64,000 bases of DNA, taken from contig CM075994.1 of the NCBI GenBank assembly GCA_038087875.1, positions 5,706,001 through 5,770,000 of the forward strand, read 5' to 3'. The notes under the pieces are model-generated. The model was not told the origin of the DNA. It ran no database searches and saw nothing but the letters and a program-made list of their open reading frames with translations. The translations under genes and the position numbers were made by a program. Origin of the DNA: Malacoraja senta (taxonomy: Eukaryota). Below, piece by piece: positions 12,945 to 25,331 of this stretch (the stretch's first letter is position 1; every line of letters begins with the position of its first letter).

Positions 12945-13560
12945 AAATGAACTACAGTTGCTGGTTCAAACCGAAGATGGACATAACATGCTGGAGTAAC
13001 TTAGCGGGTCAGGCAACATCTCTGGAGATATGTAATGGGTAACGTTTCGGGTCGAGAGGTGGTCGGGTCAAGTCTGAAGAAGGCTCCCGATCCGAAACGT
13101 CACCCATCCCTTCTCTCTGGGGATGCCGCCTGCCCGCTGAGTTACTTGAGTATTTGTACTATGTCGCCTCAAGTACATTATAGGCGTTTGGAGAGAAAAT
13201 ACAACTTTCAACGGCGACAAATACCAATGCAGAACATCGCACACCATTTCAATGCCAATGAAACCTCTTTCAGATGTAATCATTATTGCAGTGTAGGTAA
13301 ACCCACAAGCAGATTTATGCGCAACCGAATTCAACAGCTCGCAGTCAGGTAAGCATTTATTATATGCAGGAAGGCGCTGCAGGTGCTGGTTTAAAACGAA
13401 GAGGACGGATAATCTGGGTAACTCCGCGGGACACGCAGCATAACTGGGGAGAACGAATAGGTGATGTTTCGGGTTGGTACCTTCTTCCTATTTCGTTTTT
13501 TCTTTTTTTCTAGAAATGCTGTCTGACCCGCTCAGTTACAGCAGCTTGTTGTGTCTATCT
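12945..13560. mobile_element. Two Penelope-derived foldback repeats (~12945-13165 and ~13365-13560)
   Basis: tgctggagtaact..gcggg..aggc..catc arms with their inverted copies; ctgaagaaggctcccgatccgaaacgtca. Confidence 0.75.
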
Positions 13561-14179
13561 AAGGGTGGGGCCTAGATTGTGATATGGACTCTGCTATTAT
13601 TTTCTTGAACTCTTTCCTCCAGTGAAAAGAACGGTAGCGACACTTGGACGGAAGGGAGCAGTTTAATTCATGGCTTCATGTTCGGCAAGGACACGTTAAA
13701 CCACATATTGCAACAGTTCTTCCTCCGTGCACAGAGTTCTACACTCATACTATTTTAGTCTTTCATCTGTGGCCTTTGTCCAACTACCTGCCAATGAAGC
13801 TCCCATCACATGTATCCACCTATTATTGCCTGGTTTTGTTCTGTCCCCATCTGCCTTCCAACTGTTTTACCTCCGCCCAAACTACAATCAATCCGAAGAA
13901 GGGTCACGACCTAAAACGGCGCCCATTCACGTCTTCCAGAGATGCTGATAACCCGCTGAATTATTTGAGAACATTGTGTCTGCACTTTGTACGCTCCGTG
14001 TATATTCTAGTTAGGTTGAGACCTGGTTGTTTTGCAGATATTTGAGTGACTGAATCGGCATCACACACGTGTCAGCCAGTTCTGATCCAGCCAGGGAAAG
14101 TGAGTTCTCTGAAGACAGTGAGTTCGAGATTGAGTTCGGAAGGAGACAACATTTTAGATACCACATGGCTACATAATTT

Positions 14180-14490
14180 TAGTTCAGTTTAGTTTGGATA
14201 TATGGCGTGGAGACCGGCTCTTCAACCCACCGATTCCCCTCTTACCAGCAACCCGGCACACTAACATTATCCTACTCATACTAGGGACAATGTACAATTT
14301 TACCAAAGCCAATTAACCGACAAAACTATACGTCTTTGCAGCGTGAGAGGAAACCAGAGCACCCTGGGAAACCCACGTGGTCACGGGGAGAACGTACAAA
14401 CTCCGTACAGACAGCACCCGCAGTCAGAATCTAACCCGCGTCTCATGCGCTGTAAAGGATCAAACCTAATGCTGCGCCACCGTACGGTCC
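14180..14490 (-). mobile_element. V-SINE/HE1-like SINE
   Basis: ggggagaacgtacaaactccgtacagacagcacc...gctgcgccaccgt is the reverse complement of the 2271 element; (ttag)n tail. Confidence 0.85.
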
Positions 14491-14653
14491 CTGGTGGTCA
14501 GAGACGATTTTAAGCTTTCAATGAACGTCCGCTTTAATTCTCCGTTTCACATCATCTCTATCATATCTTTCTCGGGTTTCAAGGGCAATTAGAATGAGGC
14601 CCAGGTAATGTTGCAGTCCTCTGGAACTCCACCGAATACGTAAATTTCAAGCA

Positions 14654-14868
14654 TGTAAATAAGCAAGTTACACAATCTGGAGTTCAACGCCATCTTTAAT
14701 CTGTACTCATAGTATAGCGATACAGCAAGTTGTTAGTTGTTAGTTCATCGTTACCGCTTCCAACACTGCCCAATGTAGGAAGTGGGTGTTAGTATAAAGC
14801 ATACAGTAAGCTGGGGTTAGTGATGCTATTTCTACTATGATTGGTTCACATGCAATAACCAATCTACA
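14654..14868 (-). repeat. 3' LTR of Gypsy element
   Basis: Direct repeat of 20939-21153 (about 11 substitutions by eye); adjacent PPT at 14869-14880. Confidence 0.95.
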
Positions 14869-14919
14869 TCTTTCCCCCTAAAAAGCGAATATAGTTAAAA
14901 ACACATGCGAATTCTGAAT

Positions 14920-17900
14920 TTAAACATACTCGCCGTATCTGTCAGGCGGTCTACTAATGCGGCCCGAACGCGTACGGACCAACCCCTCTCCCTCCTCGCC
15001 AGAAAAGTTAGTGGGAGAAGGAGGCAGTGAACCCGGAAGTGAGAAAGCAGCAGGGGACACTTGTGGTGACCGATAGGGAGAGCCTGCGGGAGAGGTAGTG
15101 TTGGTGTTAGTCAGAGCCGCCGGTCGCGGTTGAGAACGGGACATGCCGGGACTAGTGGTGGCCACGGCAGCAGACTGCTGCCACAATAAAGGTGGAGCGA
15201 AAGGATCGACTGGTGGAGGACGTGGTTCATTTACAGACAGCAACTGTTGGCGGCTCCGTCGGTACAGGGTGCCATCGACGACGACAAGGTAGGATCGGGG
15301 TTCCTTGGACGGGCCAACAATGCAACCTAGACGGGAATGTCCCAAAGTAGGTTGCAAACGGACGATTTGTTCAGGCAGTAGTGGTTTCAGCGGTTTGCTG
15401 GACTTGTCCTATGATCGTTTCTGGATGTTGTGTTTCTCCTGGATGCGCTTCTGGATCGTGGTTGGTTTCAGCACCTGTGGCACCAGCTTCTGCTGCGCAA
15501 TTGGTATCGGAGGTCGCGTGTTCTGGACATCAGGCGCTGGGCTGGTCAGCCCAGGATCCCGTCTCTAGCGATGTTTCAGATGTTTAAAAGGTCGAGGTAA
15601 ACATCCGACTTGCCTAGGTGGGCGCGTTCCATTAGTTGTTTTGCGCTTCATACGGCCCGTTCAGCGATCCCTTTACTTTGAGGGTATTCGGGGCTGCTCA
15701 TGACATGGTGGAAGTTCCATCGGTTGGCAAAGTGTTTGAATGCATGGCTGATAAATTGTCTTCCGTTGTCGGTTTGCAGGCGGACAGGTGCGCCGAATGT
15801 GGAAAGGTGTCTCTGTAGCTTCTGAATGACCATTTCTGATGTAATAGAAGGCAGTAAATCAAGTTCGAACCAGTTAGAGTAGGAGTCGACCAGGACTAGA
15901 TAATTTTTACCGTGCCATTCGAAAATGTCTGCCGCCACCGACGTCCAAGCCAGTGCTGGTAGGGGTTGTTGTAGCAGAGGCTGTCTCTGTTGGTGCGGCG
16001 CCAGGCATTTGCAGATGGGGCAGGAGGCGGTCCTGTCCCGTATGTACTTGGCCATGCCAGGCCAGTAGAACATGCTCTGTGCGTGCGCCAACGTGGCATC
16101 GGTAGATGGGTGACCGCTGTGTGCCTCTTTGTAGTATTCGTCTCGCAAGGATGAAGGGATCACGACTTTGTGGCCCTAAACTATGACACCGTCCTGTATT
16201 ACCAGCTTATCACGGACTAGGAAGAACGGCCGTACGTCCGGTGGATTGCCTGTCTGGCCAGCCTCTTTTGATTATGGAGGAGGGTAGCTGGAGAGTGCCA
16301 TCGGCGGCTGTGTGTTCAGCTAGACGGTGCAAGCGTTCCGTGGGAACGAAGTCGATCTTGACAACCGTAATCTCGTCCCGTTCAATGGGGTGTCGTTCGC
16401 TGGATGCACGTGGTGCGCGAGAGAGAGTGTCAGCAACGAGCATGGCTTTACCTTTCTTGTAAACTATTTTGAAGTCGAACCGCTGGAGTCGTGCAGGTGC
16501 TGCGTGTATAGGTTTATTGAGGATGGTTACAAGAGGTTGGTGGTCTGTTTCGACCGTGAAAGTATTACCAAAGATGAAGTCCTTGAATTTTGAACAAGCG
16601 AAGACCACGGTTTGTAGCTCTTTCTCGATCAGCGCGTAGCGCTGTTCGGTGTCCGTCATGGTACGGGAGGCATAAGAGACAGGTAGTACAGTCCCATCGG
16701 CAGACGATTGTAGGCAGGCTGCGCCCAGCCCGTATCGTGAGGCATCGCAGGTTACCGTGACAGGACGCCTCAGGTCGAAAACTGTCAAGGTGGGAGCGCT
16801 GGCCAGTTTGGACTTTAAAGAGTCAAATGCTTGTTGATGTTGCTGGAACCGGGTCCAGGCAGTATCCTTCCGAGTGAGTTGTCTCAGAGGCGAACTCAGT
16901 TCACTGAGGTTCGGTATAAACTTTACCAGGTAGTTCACCATGCCCAGGAAGCGTTGTAGGCGTAACACGTCGGTGGGGGCTGGCATTTCTGTGATGACAC
17001 CAGCTTTCTTCGGGTCGGGATTAAGACCGTCAGGAGTGAAAACTATTCCAACACATGTGACCTCTGGAACCCTGAACTTGTATTTATTAGGGTTGAATTT
17101 CAGGTTAATCTCACGTGCCCGGTCCATAATACGCTTTAGGTAGTTGTCATGCTCCGCTGTGTTTCTGCCGTATACCAGGATATCATCTACAATGATGGCT
17201 CACGGGAGTCCTTGGAACAGCTGTTCCATGTTTCTCTGGAAGCCTTTGCTGGCCGAGTAAATGCCGAATGCCATTCTGAGATATTTAAATCTGCCAAACG
17301 GTGTGGCAAACATGGTCAGGATAGATGACTCGTCTAGTGGTATCTGCCAAAACGAGCTTTTTGCGTCAAGGACGGAAAATACTATTGCTCGACCGAAATG
17401 TGCAGCGACGTCCTCGACAGTTCTCATCGGATAATGTGGGCGCTTTATCGCAGCGTTCAAATCTTTTGGATTGATGCACACACTGAGCTCGTCTTTGTCC
17501 TTCTTAAGGGTGACAACCATGGTGGAAACCCAGTCAGTGGGCTCGCTGATTTCGGCGAGTACGCCCATGGAGACAATGTTTTTTAGTTCCGTCTCAATTC
17601 TGTCTTTCATGGCGTGTGGCACACGGTGGGGGGCACGGACGACTGGGTCGACGTTGGGGTTAGTGGCTAACTTGTAGGTCACAGGCAGCTTGCCTAGCTT
17701 GCCATCGAATAGATCGAATAGATCAGGGTATCCTTTTTTCGGGTCCTCAGATATTAGTAACTTGTGAACGGACCGGCCAGAAGTCACAGAGTCAGATTTT
17801 AAGATATAGAAAGTTAGATTTCTTGTGGTGTTTTTCAGCACGCATTTGAAAGTATTTCTTCCCAAGTCTAGTCAAGGCCTCATTATTTCTTATCTTGTGG

Positions 17901-17977
17901 TAGGCGTGCACAGACATTACATTGACGCGAGCCCCAGTGTCGAGTTTGGCCGTCACGGGCTTGTTGTTAATTGTCAT
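14920..17977 (-). pseudogene. Gypsy pol (protease, RT, RNase H, integrase), frameshifted
   Basis: AKLDTGA; LDAKSSFWQIPL; IVDDILVYG; TCDASRYGLGA; ETDHQPL; HSGH..CPIC; LQTDNGRQF; C-terminal RTRSGRISRPP. Confidence 0.95.
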
Positions 17978-18359
17978 TAGAACAGGGGCCCCATAGCAGG
18001 AGCCCCCACGTCGCGGGGCTGGAAATCGGAAGTATCCTGAGCTAATTCCGCTACCACCATCATCTATTGCGACAAGTGAAGGCTTTCACTGATTGTCGCC
18101 GGAAGCTTGCGCTATTTTCATGACGGACGATGACTGCGACGCCAACATTTGTAACAAGATGGACACGAAAAGGAAATTAGAACAGAGGGATCCAGAATCT
18201 TACCAGCTGTGTGAAGGAGTGAATGCACAGTCGACTCATCGTATGTACTAATTGGATCATCCTCGTGGGCAGGGTCTAACTAGCCCTGTGATTCTGGAAT
18301 TGTTTGGTTTTGTTGCAACAGGTGCAGATTAGACGCTGAGCTGGAGGGTCTGTTCCCAC

Positions 18360-19170
18360 GGGACCTGCAAACGACGGCGAAATGATTCGTCTATTTGCAG
18401 TAATTACAAGGCTTTCCGTATGCTGGACAAGACGATCGCCCCTTGTTATGGAGGTAGTTACAATTAGGGCACCTCTGAGGGGGCTCATTGTCGAATCCCC
18501 GGTTAGCCGGTTGAGGGGGTTCATTGATAAATCTTCTGTTATCGGTCGGTGTTTGTCGTCTGTTGAAACCCTTCAGGTTTATGGTCTTCTTCTGAGCGTC
18601 AAGCTGTTCGCTTAATGGAGAGACAATTTCAGACATTCGACAGGCATGTATTGCTTGTTCAAGGGTTAAATCAGCATTCCGCAGTAACTCAGTCCTTAGC
18701 TTTTCATCGGTCATACCACTGACAAGCTTGTCCATGATTTATTCGTTCGTCGCGATCTGAAAGCGGCACCGCTGTGCCATATATTTCAAGTTACAAATAA
18801 ATATTTCTACAGGCTCATCGGGAAGCTGGTGTCTCGCGAATAATTTAGCTCTTTCTAAAATGCGGTTCGAGGGTAGGTCGCATAATTCGCGGAATTTACG
18901 CAGTAAAATAGTGGGGTCACGCATAGACTCAGCAGGTACAACTACCTGATCGTTGTCATCGTAAACGGCTGGTGCGTATTTAAAGGTCCGTGCTCTCATC
19001 ATGGCTTCGGGTCCCGCCAGGTTAAGTAGAAGGGAAGCCTTGACAGCATCTGGTTCATTTCGGTGGACGATATTGATGTAGTGTTCGTAGTCGATTTCAA
19101 AGAATCTCCATAGTTCCCTGATGTCAGAATCGAACATAAGCTGCGCAGGCTTTCTGCATAATTGAGCCAT
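18360..19170 (-). pseudogene. Gypsy gag with in-frame stops and zinc knuckle
   Basis: MAQLCRKP...LLNLAGPEA...ERAKLFARHQ; in-frame stop at 18739; CPAYGKPCNYCK*xNHF knuckle. Confidence 0.9.
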
Positions 19171-19205
19171 GGTGATCCGAGAAAACTGATAAACGCGACT
19201 CACGT

Positions 19206-20053
19206 CAAAGGACAAAGGACAACAAAGGACATTCATTTGTCACGTACACCAATTGGTGCAGTGAAATTTGTCTTGCCATTCAGCACACAGATAAAGTTAA
19301 AGACACAACATTAAAGAATTTAACAATAAACATTAAAAAAAAAACCACAATGGTCCCATTATGAGGGTCCAGTCCCCATCCCCTTGTCCACCCATAGTCT
19401 GCCTTATTGAGGCCTCCGCAGTCGCCGCTACTGGGCCCGATGTTTCAGGCCCTTCTTCGCCGGGTGATGGTGCTCCGGCGTCGGGAGAATCCTCTCAGCG
19501 GCTTGGGACACCTGGAGCGGCCGCTTCCCAACTGGAGACCGCGGCTTCCGAAGCCGACAGGCCACGCTCTATGGAGCTTCACCACTGGCGATCTCGGCGA
19601 GAGATCCCAGGCTCCTGGTGAAAAGTTCAGCGCCGCCGCCCGCAGCTGGCCGCTCCACAGTCCCACAGCTCCGCAATGTTCACCTGCGGTCTCAGCATTC
19701 CGGAGCTCCAGCGCGGCAACCGCTCCGCTCCGCATCGCGTCGTCCGCTCCGCGATAGCGCTCCAGCGCTGTGCCGCCGCCGAAGCCGAGGTTCTGGGTGG
19801 TCCCCGACAGGAAACGCCGCTCCACGCCCGCTGGTAGGCCGCGAGGAAGGGGCGACGGTGCAGCCCGGAGAAAAGCTGCCTCTCCGACCAGGTAGGGACC
19901 CTAGCAAACAGTTCCCCCCCTTCCTCCCCCACCCCCACATAAAAAAGGCTAGAACTCCGAAAACAAAAATACTCAACTAACTAAAAATAAAAAAGAGAGA
20001 AAAAACGGACAGCTGCAGGCTGGGCAGCGATGCCCGTACAGGACGGCGCCCCC
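19206..20053 (-). mobile_element. GC-rich non-autonomous retroposon, family A, inserted in the Gypsy 5' leader
   Basis: Reverse complement of 43353-43962 plus a 5' head; (TGTCCTT)n tail at 19206. Confidence 0.85.
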
Positions 20054-20067
20054 GAACGAACGTGTAA

Positions 20068-20891
20068 ACGGCCTCTGCAGTCCGTCTGTCTTTTTTTTTT
20101 GTTGTCTCGTTTGAGTGTAGTTATAGTGTTTTTTTTAACTGGGTATGTGTGTGGGGGGCGGGGGGGTGGGGAAACTTTTAAAATCTTTTCCCTGTACGGA
20201 GGACCCGACCTTTCTCTGTCGGGTCGCCGTTGTCGTTGGGGCCTAGCACCGTGGAGCGGCCTCCAACCGGAACGGCCTGGGGCTCCAGTCGCGGAGCCTG
20301 CGGACTACTCACCATCGCGGATCTGGCCGAGTTCGGAGCGTGGAGAGCTGTGGTGACGCGCGGCTGCGGCCCGACCACGGAGATTCAGAGGCTCCAGCCG
20401 CAGGTCTGGTGGACGGTGACATCGGGACCTCGCGGGTCCCTGGTGGGAGACCGCTTTTCGGGGCTTCCGCAACGGCGACTTCTCCCGCCCGAGTTGCGGG
20501 GTTGAGGATGACCTGGAGCGGGGCCTTACATCGCCCGGCCCGGCTATAAATGGCCGCGAGACTTGCTAGCGCCCGCCGGGGGCTCCAACATCAAGACCCG
20601 GAGCGTGGCCTTGCATCGACCGGCGCGGGTTATTGGCCGCGGGACTTCTTTACCATCGCCCGCCGGGGGCTCTGGCTCTGACATCGGGAGGAGAATGGGA
20701 AGTGCAGGGGAGAGATAAGACTTTGCCTTCCATCACAGTGAGGAGGAGATTCGCTGTGATGGATGTTTGTGTAAACTGTGTTGTGTCTTGCTTCTTCTAC
20801 TTGTTTGTATGACTGCAGAAACCAAATTTCGTTTGAACCTCAATAAGGTTCAAATGACAACAAATACATTGTATCATTGTATCATTGTATC
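20068..20891 (+). mobile_element. GC-rich non-autonomous retroposon, family B, inserted in the Gypsy 5' leader
   Basis: Highly similar to 42490-43341; (ATTGTATC)n tail. Confidence 0.88.
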
Positions 20892-20938
20892 AACCCGATA
20901 TACAGACGCAGTGAGTTACTCCAAACTTTCTGACACCA

Positions 20939-21153
20939 TGTAAATAAGCAAGTTACACAGTCTGGAGTTCAAAGCCATCTTTAATCTGTACTCATAGTAT
21001 AGCGGTACAGCAGGTTGTTAGTTGTTAGTTCATCGTTACCTCTTCCAAGACTGCCCAGTGTAGGAAGTGGGTGTTAGTATAAAGCATACAGTAAGGTAGG
21101 GTTAGTGATGCTTTTTCTACTATGATTCGTTCACATGCAATAACCAATCTACA
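20939..21153 (-). repeat. 5' LTR of Gypsy element
   Basis: Adjacent PBS (plus strand ctttctgacacca ending at 20938), similar to tRNA-Leu 3' ends. Confidence 0.95.
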
Positions 21154-21374
21154 AAGCAATTTACTTCATGTGCCTGTATCAGAAATGGCCAGTGCACCTG
21201 TGTTATTGGTAATGAGCACAACACGCTTATGACTCAGATCATTCAAGACCACGATTTTGCTATCTCGTCAAACACATCACAGATTTTTATGTTCTGAAAC
21301 CTAAATATCTTTACTAACGTTATTTGTTCCGAAGTGTTAAGCGGAACAATTCACATCTCTATTAAGATTGTAAG

Positions 21375-21720
21375 ATAATAAAACATAGGAGTAGAATTGG
21401 GCCATTCAGCCCATCGAGTCTACTCGGCCATTCGTTCAGTATGATCTACTTTTCCCTCTTCACCCCATTCTTCTTCTTGCGCCCCGTCACCTTTGGCACT
21501 CTAACTAATCAAGATCCTATGAATCTCTGTTTTAAATATGCCCAATGTCCTGGCCTCCGCCGCCGTCTTTGGAAATGAATTCCACCGATTCACCACTCTC
21601 TGGTGAACTAGATTTATCCTCATCTCCATTATAAAGGTACGTCCTTTTATTTTGAGACTGTGCCATCTGATCCTAGACACTCTCACTACTGGACACATCC
21701 TCTCCACATCCACTCTATCG
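21375..21720 (-). mobile_element. CR1 3' fragment
   Basis: DVERMCPVV..SRIRWHSLKIKGR..HQRVVNRWNS; ggccattcagcccatcgagtc 3' UTR. Confidence 0.85.
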
Positions 21721-23598
21721 GGATATGTTATTAATCTTAACGCTTAATCGAAGTCGGACCCAGCGTCGGATGAACTTACCCCTTTGTCTTATAAGCAACT
21801 ACTGCTTCGCACTATACACAGCACAACGTATATAAGCGCGCAGACAATGCTCAACGAATTGAGACATACATCTTTTAGCAATGCGTTACCAGGAATAATC
21901 TTATTCGTGTATTGTCACCTTGTCATGGTGGAGAAGCTTATGTGGTCCTGAGATCCTAAGAGCGATGCCGTCTGGTGCTTTGCTCCTGGTAGGGCCACCC
22001 ATGGGGGTATGGTAGACGTGGAGGTCTCTGATGAAGTGCAATCCAACCAAGTCCTCAAAGGTGGAATAGGCGGAGGATGACGGCACACTTTAGTGGAGCG
22101 TCACAATGGCTGGAAGGCGAAAACAGAAAATGGTATCTGGTCGTCTTGGACTCCATGCCACTGGATCCTGACCCAGATCTGTCAAAAACCGTGTGGTGGC
22201 TGTCTGTGCACCAGTCTCCCCACGTTTAACAAAGTAACGCACATGCGTCCTCCAGATAAGGAGTCCACCCTAACACCCAGGATAAAGTCCTATGGCGATC
22301 AGCTAGTGGCGACGGGGACAGGATTATGAGATGTGGAAGCCTCTAATCATGAGCTGGCACATCAGGCGTTGGGTGCTAGATTCAGTCACTGGACTCTTGG
22401 AAAGAGGCAGAAGAGCCCTTCGGCGACTGCACCCACGACTGAGCAGTGCTCTTTGGGATGCGTTCTGCTCTTCCCACTAGGGGAAAGGACTAGAATTTGC
22501 TCACCCCACTAGGGGAAAGGGCCTCAAACTTACCGAATGGATTACCGCGTCCAGAAGTATCACCACACGCGGTCAGAACCGCAGAAATATGAATATGAAC
22601 TTTGGAGCCTGGATTGCGCGCACATTGATGGATAGTACAACCAGTAAAAGACCAGAGAGGAGAACCGCGATCATTGCAAGAGAACTGAGAAGATGCCGAA
22701 TTGACATAGCTGCCCTTTGCGAAACCCGGCGGGCAGACAACTGAAGGAGAAGGGTGGCTACACTTTCTGCTGGAAAGGAAAAGCTGCTGATGAGCCCAGG
22801 ATCCATGATGTTGGCTTTGCCATCAGGAACCAACTCATCAGCCACCTCTCTGAACTTCCTGTGGGAATCTGTGAGCGTCCCATGACCGTCCGTCTGGTGC
22901 TTACCAACAACCAGATGGCAACAGTTGTGAGTGCCAATGCCCCAAATTTAAGTTATGAAGAGGACGCAAAAGAGATATACTACGCCTGCTTGGAAGAGAC
23001 ACGGTCTAAAATCCCCAGGGAGGATAAGATTATTCACCTATGAGACTTCAACGCCAGGGTCGGCCTGGACCAATACCTCCGAACGGGTACCATAGGAAAG
23101 GAAGGCATCGGGAACATCAACTACAATGGAAGTCTGCTTCCCAGCAAATGTGCTCAGCACGATCTCATCATCACTAACAGCCTCTTTCGCTAGGAAAACA
23201 AACGGAAGGCTCCAAACAGTGGCATCACATAGACTATTGTACGAGCCAGAGACCGCCGTGACGTGAACATGAATAACGCGAATAAGGACCATGATCGATG
23301 CCGCTGACTGCTGGACAGATCATCGCCTCATCCGCTCCGTGGTGTCCATCAAACTCAAGAGGAAGTTCTTACTCGCTCGCCAGGAAGCGAGCGGGTAAGA
23401 TCATCTCTGACCCCTCTCACCCTGGCCACATACGCTTTGAATCACTTCTCTCTGGACAGTCAAAGCAGCCAGTTAGTCATAAAAACTGATTTTTTTTCCA
23501 CGAGTAGTGTCTCTAATCAATAAGCAAAAATCTGTAGCCTCCTTTTGTTCTGGTATTTTATTTATTCACAATTTCAATCAAAAATGTTTTATTATTAA

Positions 23599-25331
23599 CT
23601 AGACTAAGTGCGACCCATTGGGTCCCAGCTTCACACGGGAGGGCTGGTCCCCAAACGCAATATTCCAACTCTCCACCAATTCCAATATTGCTGGCCAGTG
23701 GGGGGGTTTCTGGAGCGCTAGCATGGTGTTGTGGGCCGAAGGGACTGGTTTCCAGAGTGCTAGTATGGACATTGTGGGCCGAATGGATTCTTGTCCTTGC
23801 AGCTCAGTCACTGAGAACACTCACGCTGACACACTCACACTCACTCACACACACACACTCACACACACACACTCACATTCACACATGCACACACTCACAC
23901 ACACACACATACACTCAGACACCCATGCACACACTGACACAGACACATACATTCACACAGCCATACACACACACACACATACACTCACACACATACATAC
24001 ACTTACAAACACACGCACACACACACACACTCACGCACACATACACTCACAAACACATACACACACACATACATACACACATATACACTCACAAACACAC
24101 ACACGCACACACGCACACAGCCGCACACACATACACATACACACACACGCTCACACACACATACACTCACAAACACATACACACACACGCACTGACTCAC
24201 ACACCATATATATGGCAGTAAACTTTCTTGAATACTCACACGGCTGAGCGCGGCCTCTCCACTTTCGGGCAAAGATCCTATAGGAACCAAGGTAGACCAC
24301 TCCTTCTAAATGCAATGGGCTGACGTGTAGTACGCAACGGAGCGGAACGTGGGCCTTATTTTCATCCATTTCAGTAACCCGCCCGACCTGACCCGACCCG
24401 ACACGCAGTGCAATCAATGTTGCGGAGGAACAGTTAATAAATTATAATTCTGACAATGAAGAGAATATTTTTACCAAATAACCTTTATCTTTACGAGGGT
24501 TTTTCCGTAACCGGCTTCCGTCTCCGCACTAGTTATCTTTGCTCCGCTATGGGATCTTCGGTGCGGAGACGGAAGCCGGTTACGGAAATGGGGCCGAAAA
24601 TTACCCATGAATCTGCCCATGACCGTACTACGTCTTTTTCGTCGAGTGATCTATCCTGCTTGCTATAGGATCTTTGCTTTGGGGCTTCCGCAGTCAGCGG
24701 CACTTCCACAATCAGCGTGACCTCTGCACTTATCGGAAATTATGCAATCAACGCGAGCTTTGCACTCACCGGAAATTACGCAATCAGCACTAAGTGGAAG
24801 TTACGAAATGAGCGGGATTTTTGAACCAAATAGTACAGTCGGACCTAATAAAGCATTTATTCCTTCCAAAGTCGGACCTAACAAAGCATTACAGTTTCAA
24901 GCACAGGCAGGGCAGCAGGCCAAACAACTCTTGGCATTATGGCATTGTCATTAAGGACTAACAAATCATTTATTGCAAGTATATTGCAGACTCACAGTTC
25001 AGTTGATTCACAGGTTAGAATAAGAGTCGTGGCTTTCCCTCGCGTTCTTGCAGAGTGACTGAGTCTCGTCCAGGCATCAGGGGTTTTATATTCCTGCCTT
25101 CCCCGGAAGGGGCGTTACCTTCATCGCGGTGATTGACAGGAGCGAGTGTGTTAAACACTCATAACTTTTTTACTTTTCATCGATGGGAAAAAATCCTCGT
25201 GGCCTACGCAGCGTAGGAGGACTGTGAGTAAGGTCATTAAAATTCATAGCGATATATGGGAGCGTTATTTTCTAAAATCAATATACAGAGCAGACAGGAA
25301 GTGGTCAAAGTGACACTTTAAATTATATACA
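23599..25331 (-). mobile_element. Non-autonomous Helitron
   Basis: Minus-strand 3' end GGGACCCAATGGGTCGC hairpin + ACTTAGTCTAG; inserted between A and T with no TSD; removing it restores the Rex1 UTR ttattattaa|tgtttattg; the 5' TC appears mutated. Confidence 0.8.
24270..24676. mobile_element. hAT-like MITE inside the Helitron
   Basis: 14-bp TIR CAAAGATCCTATAG/CTATAGGATCTTTG; 8-bp TSD ctttcggg/ctttgggg; empty site visible in the sister copy at ~10985. Confidence 0.9.

Larger units (their letters stand above)
14654..21153 (-). mobile_element. Gypsy/Ty3 LTR retrotransposon with both LTRs, decayed ORFs
   Basis: 215-bp TG..CA LTRs at 14654-14868 and 20939-21153; 5-bp TSD AAGCA on both sides; PBS TGGTGTCAGAAAG; PPT TAGGGGGAAAGA; domain order gag-PR-RT-RH-IN. 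Confidence 0.97.
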
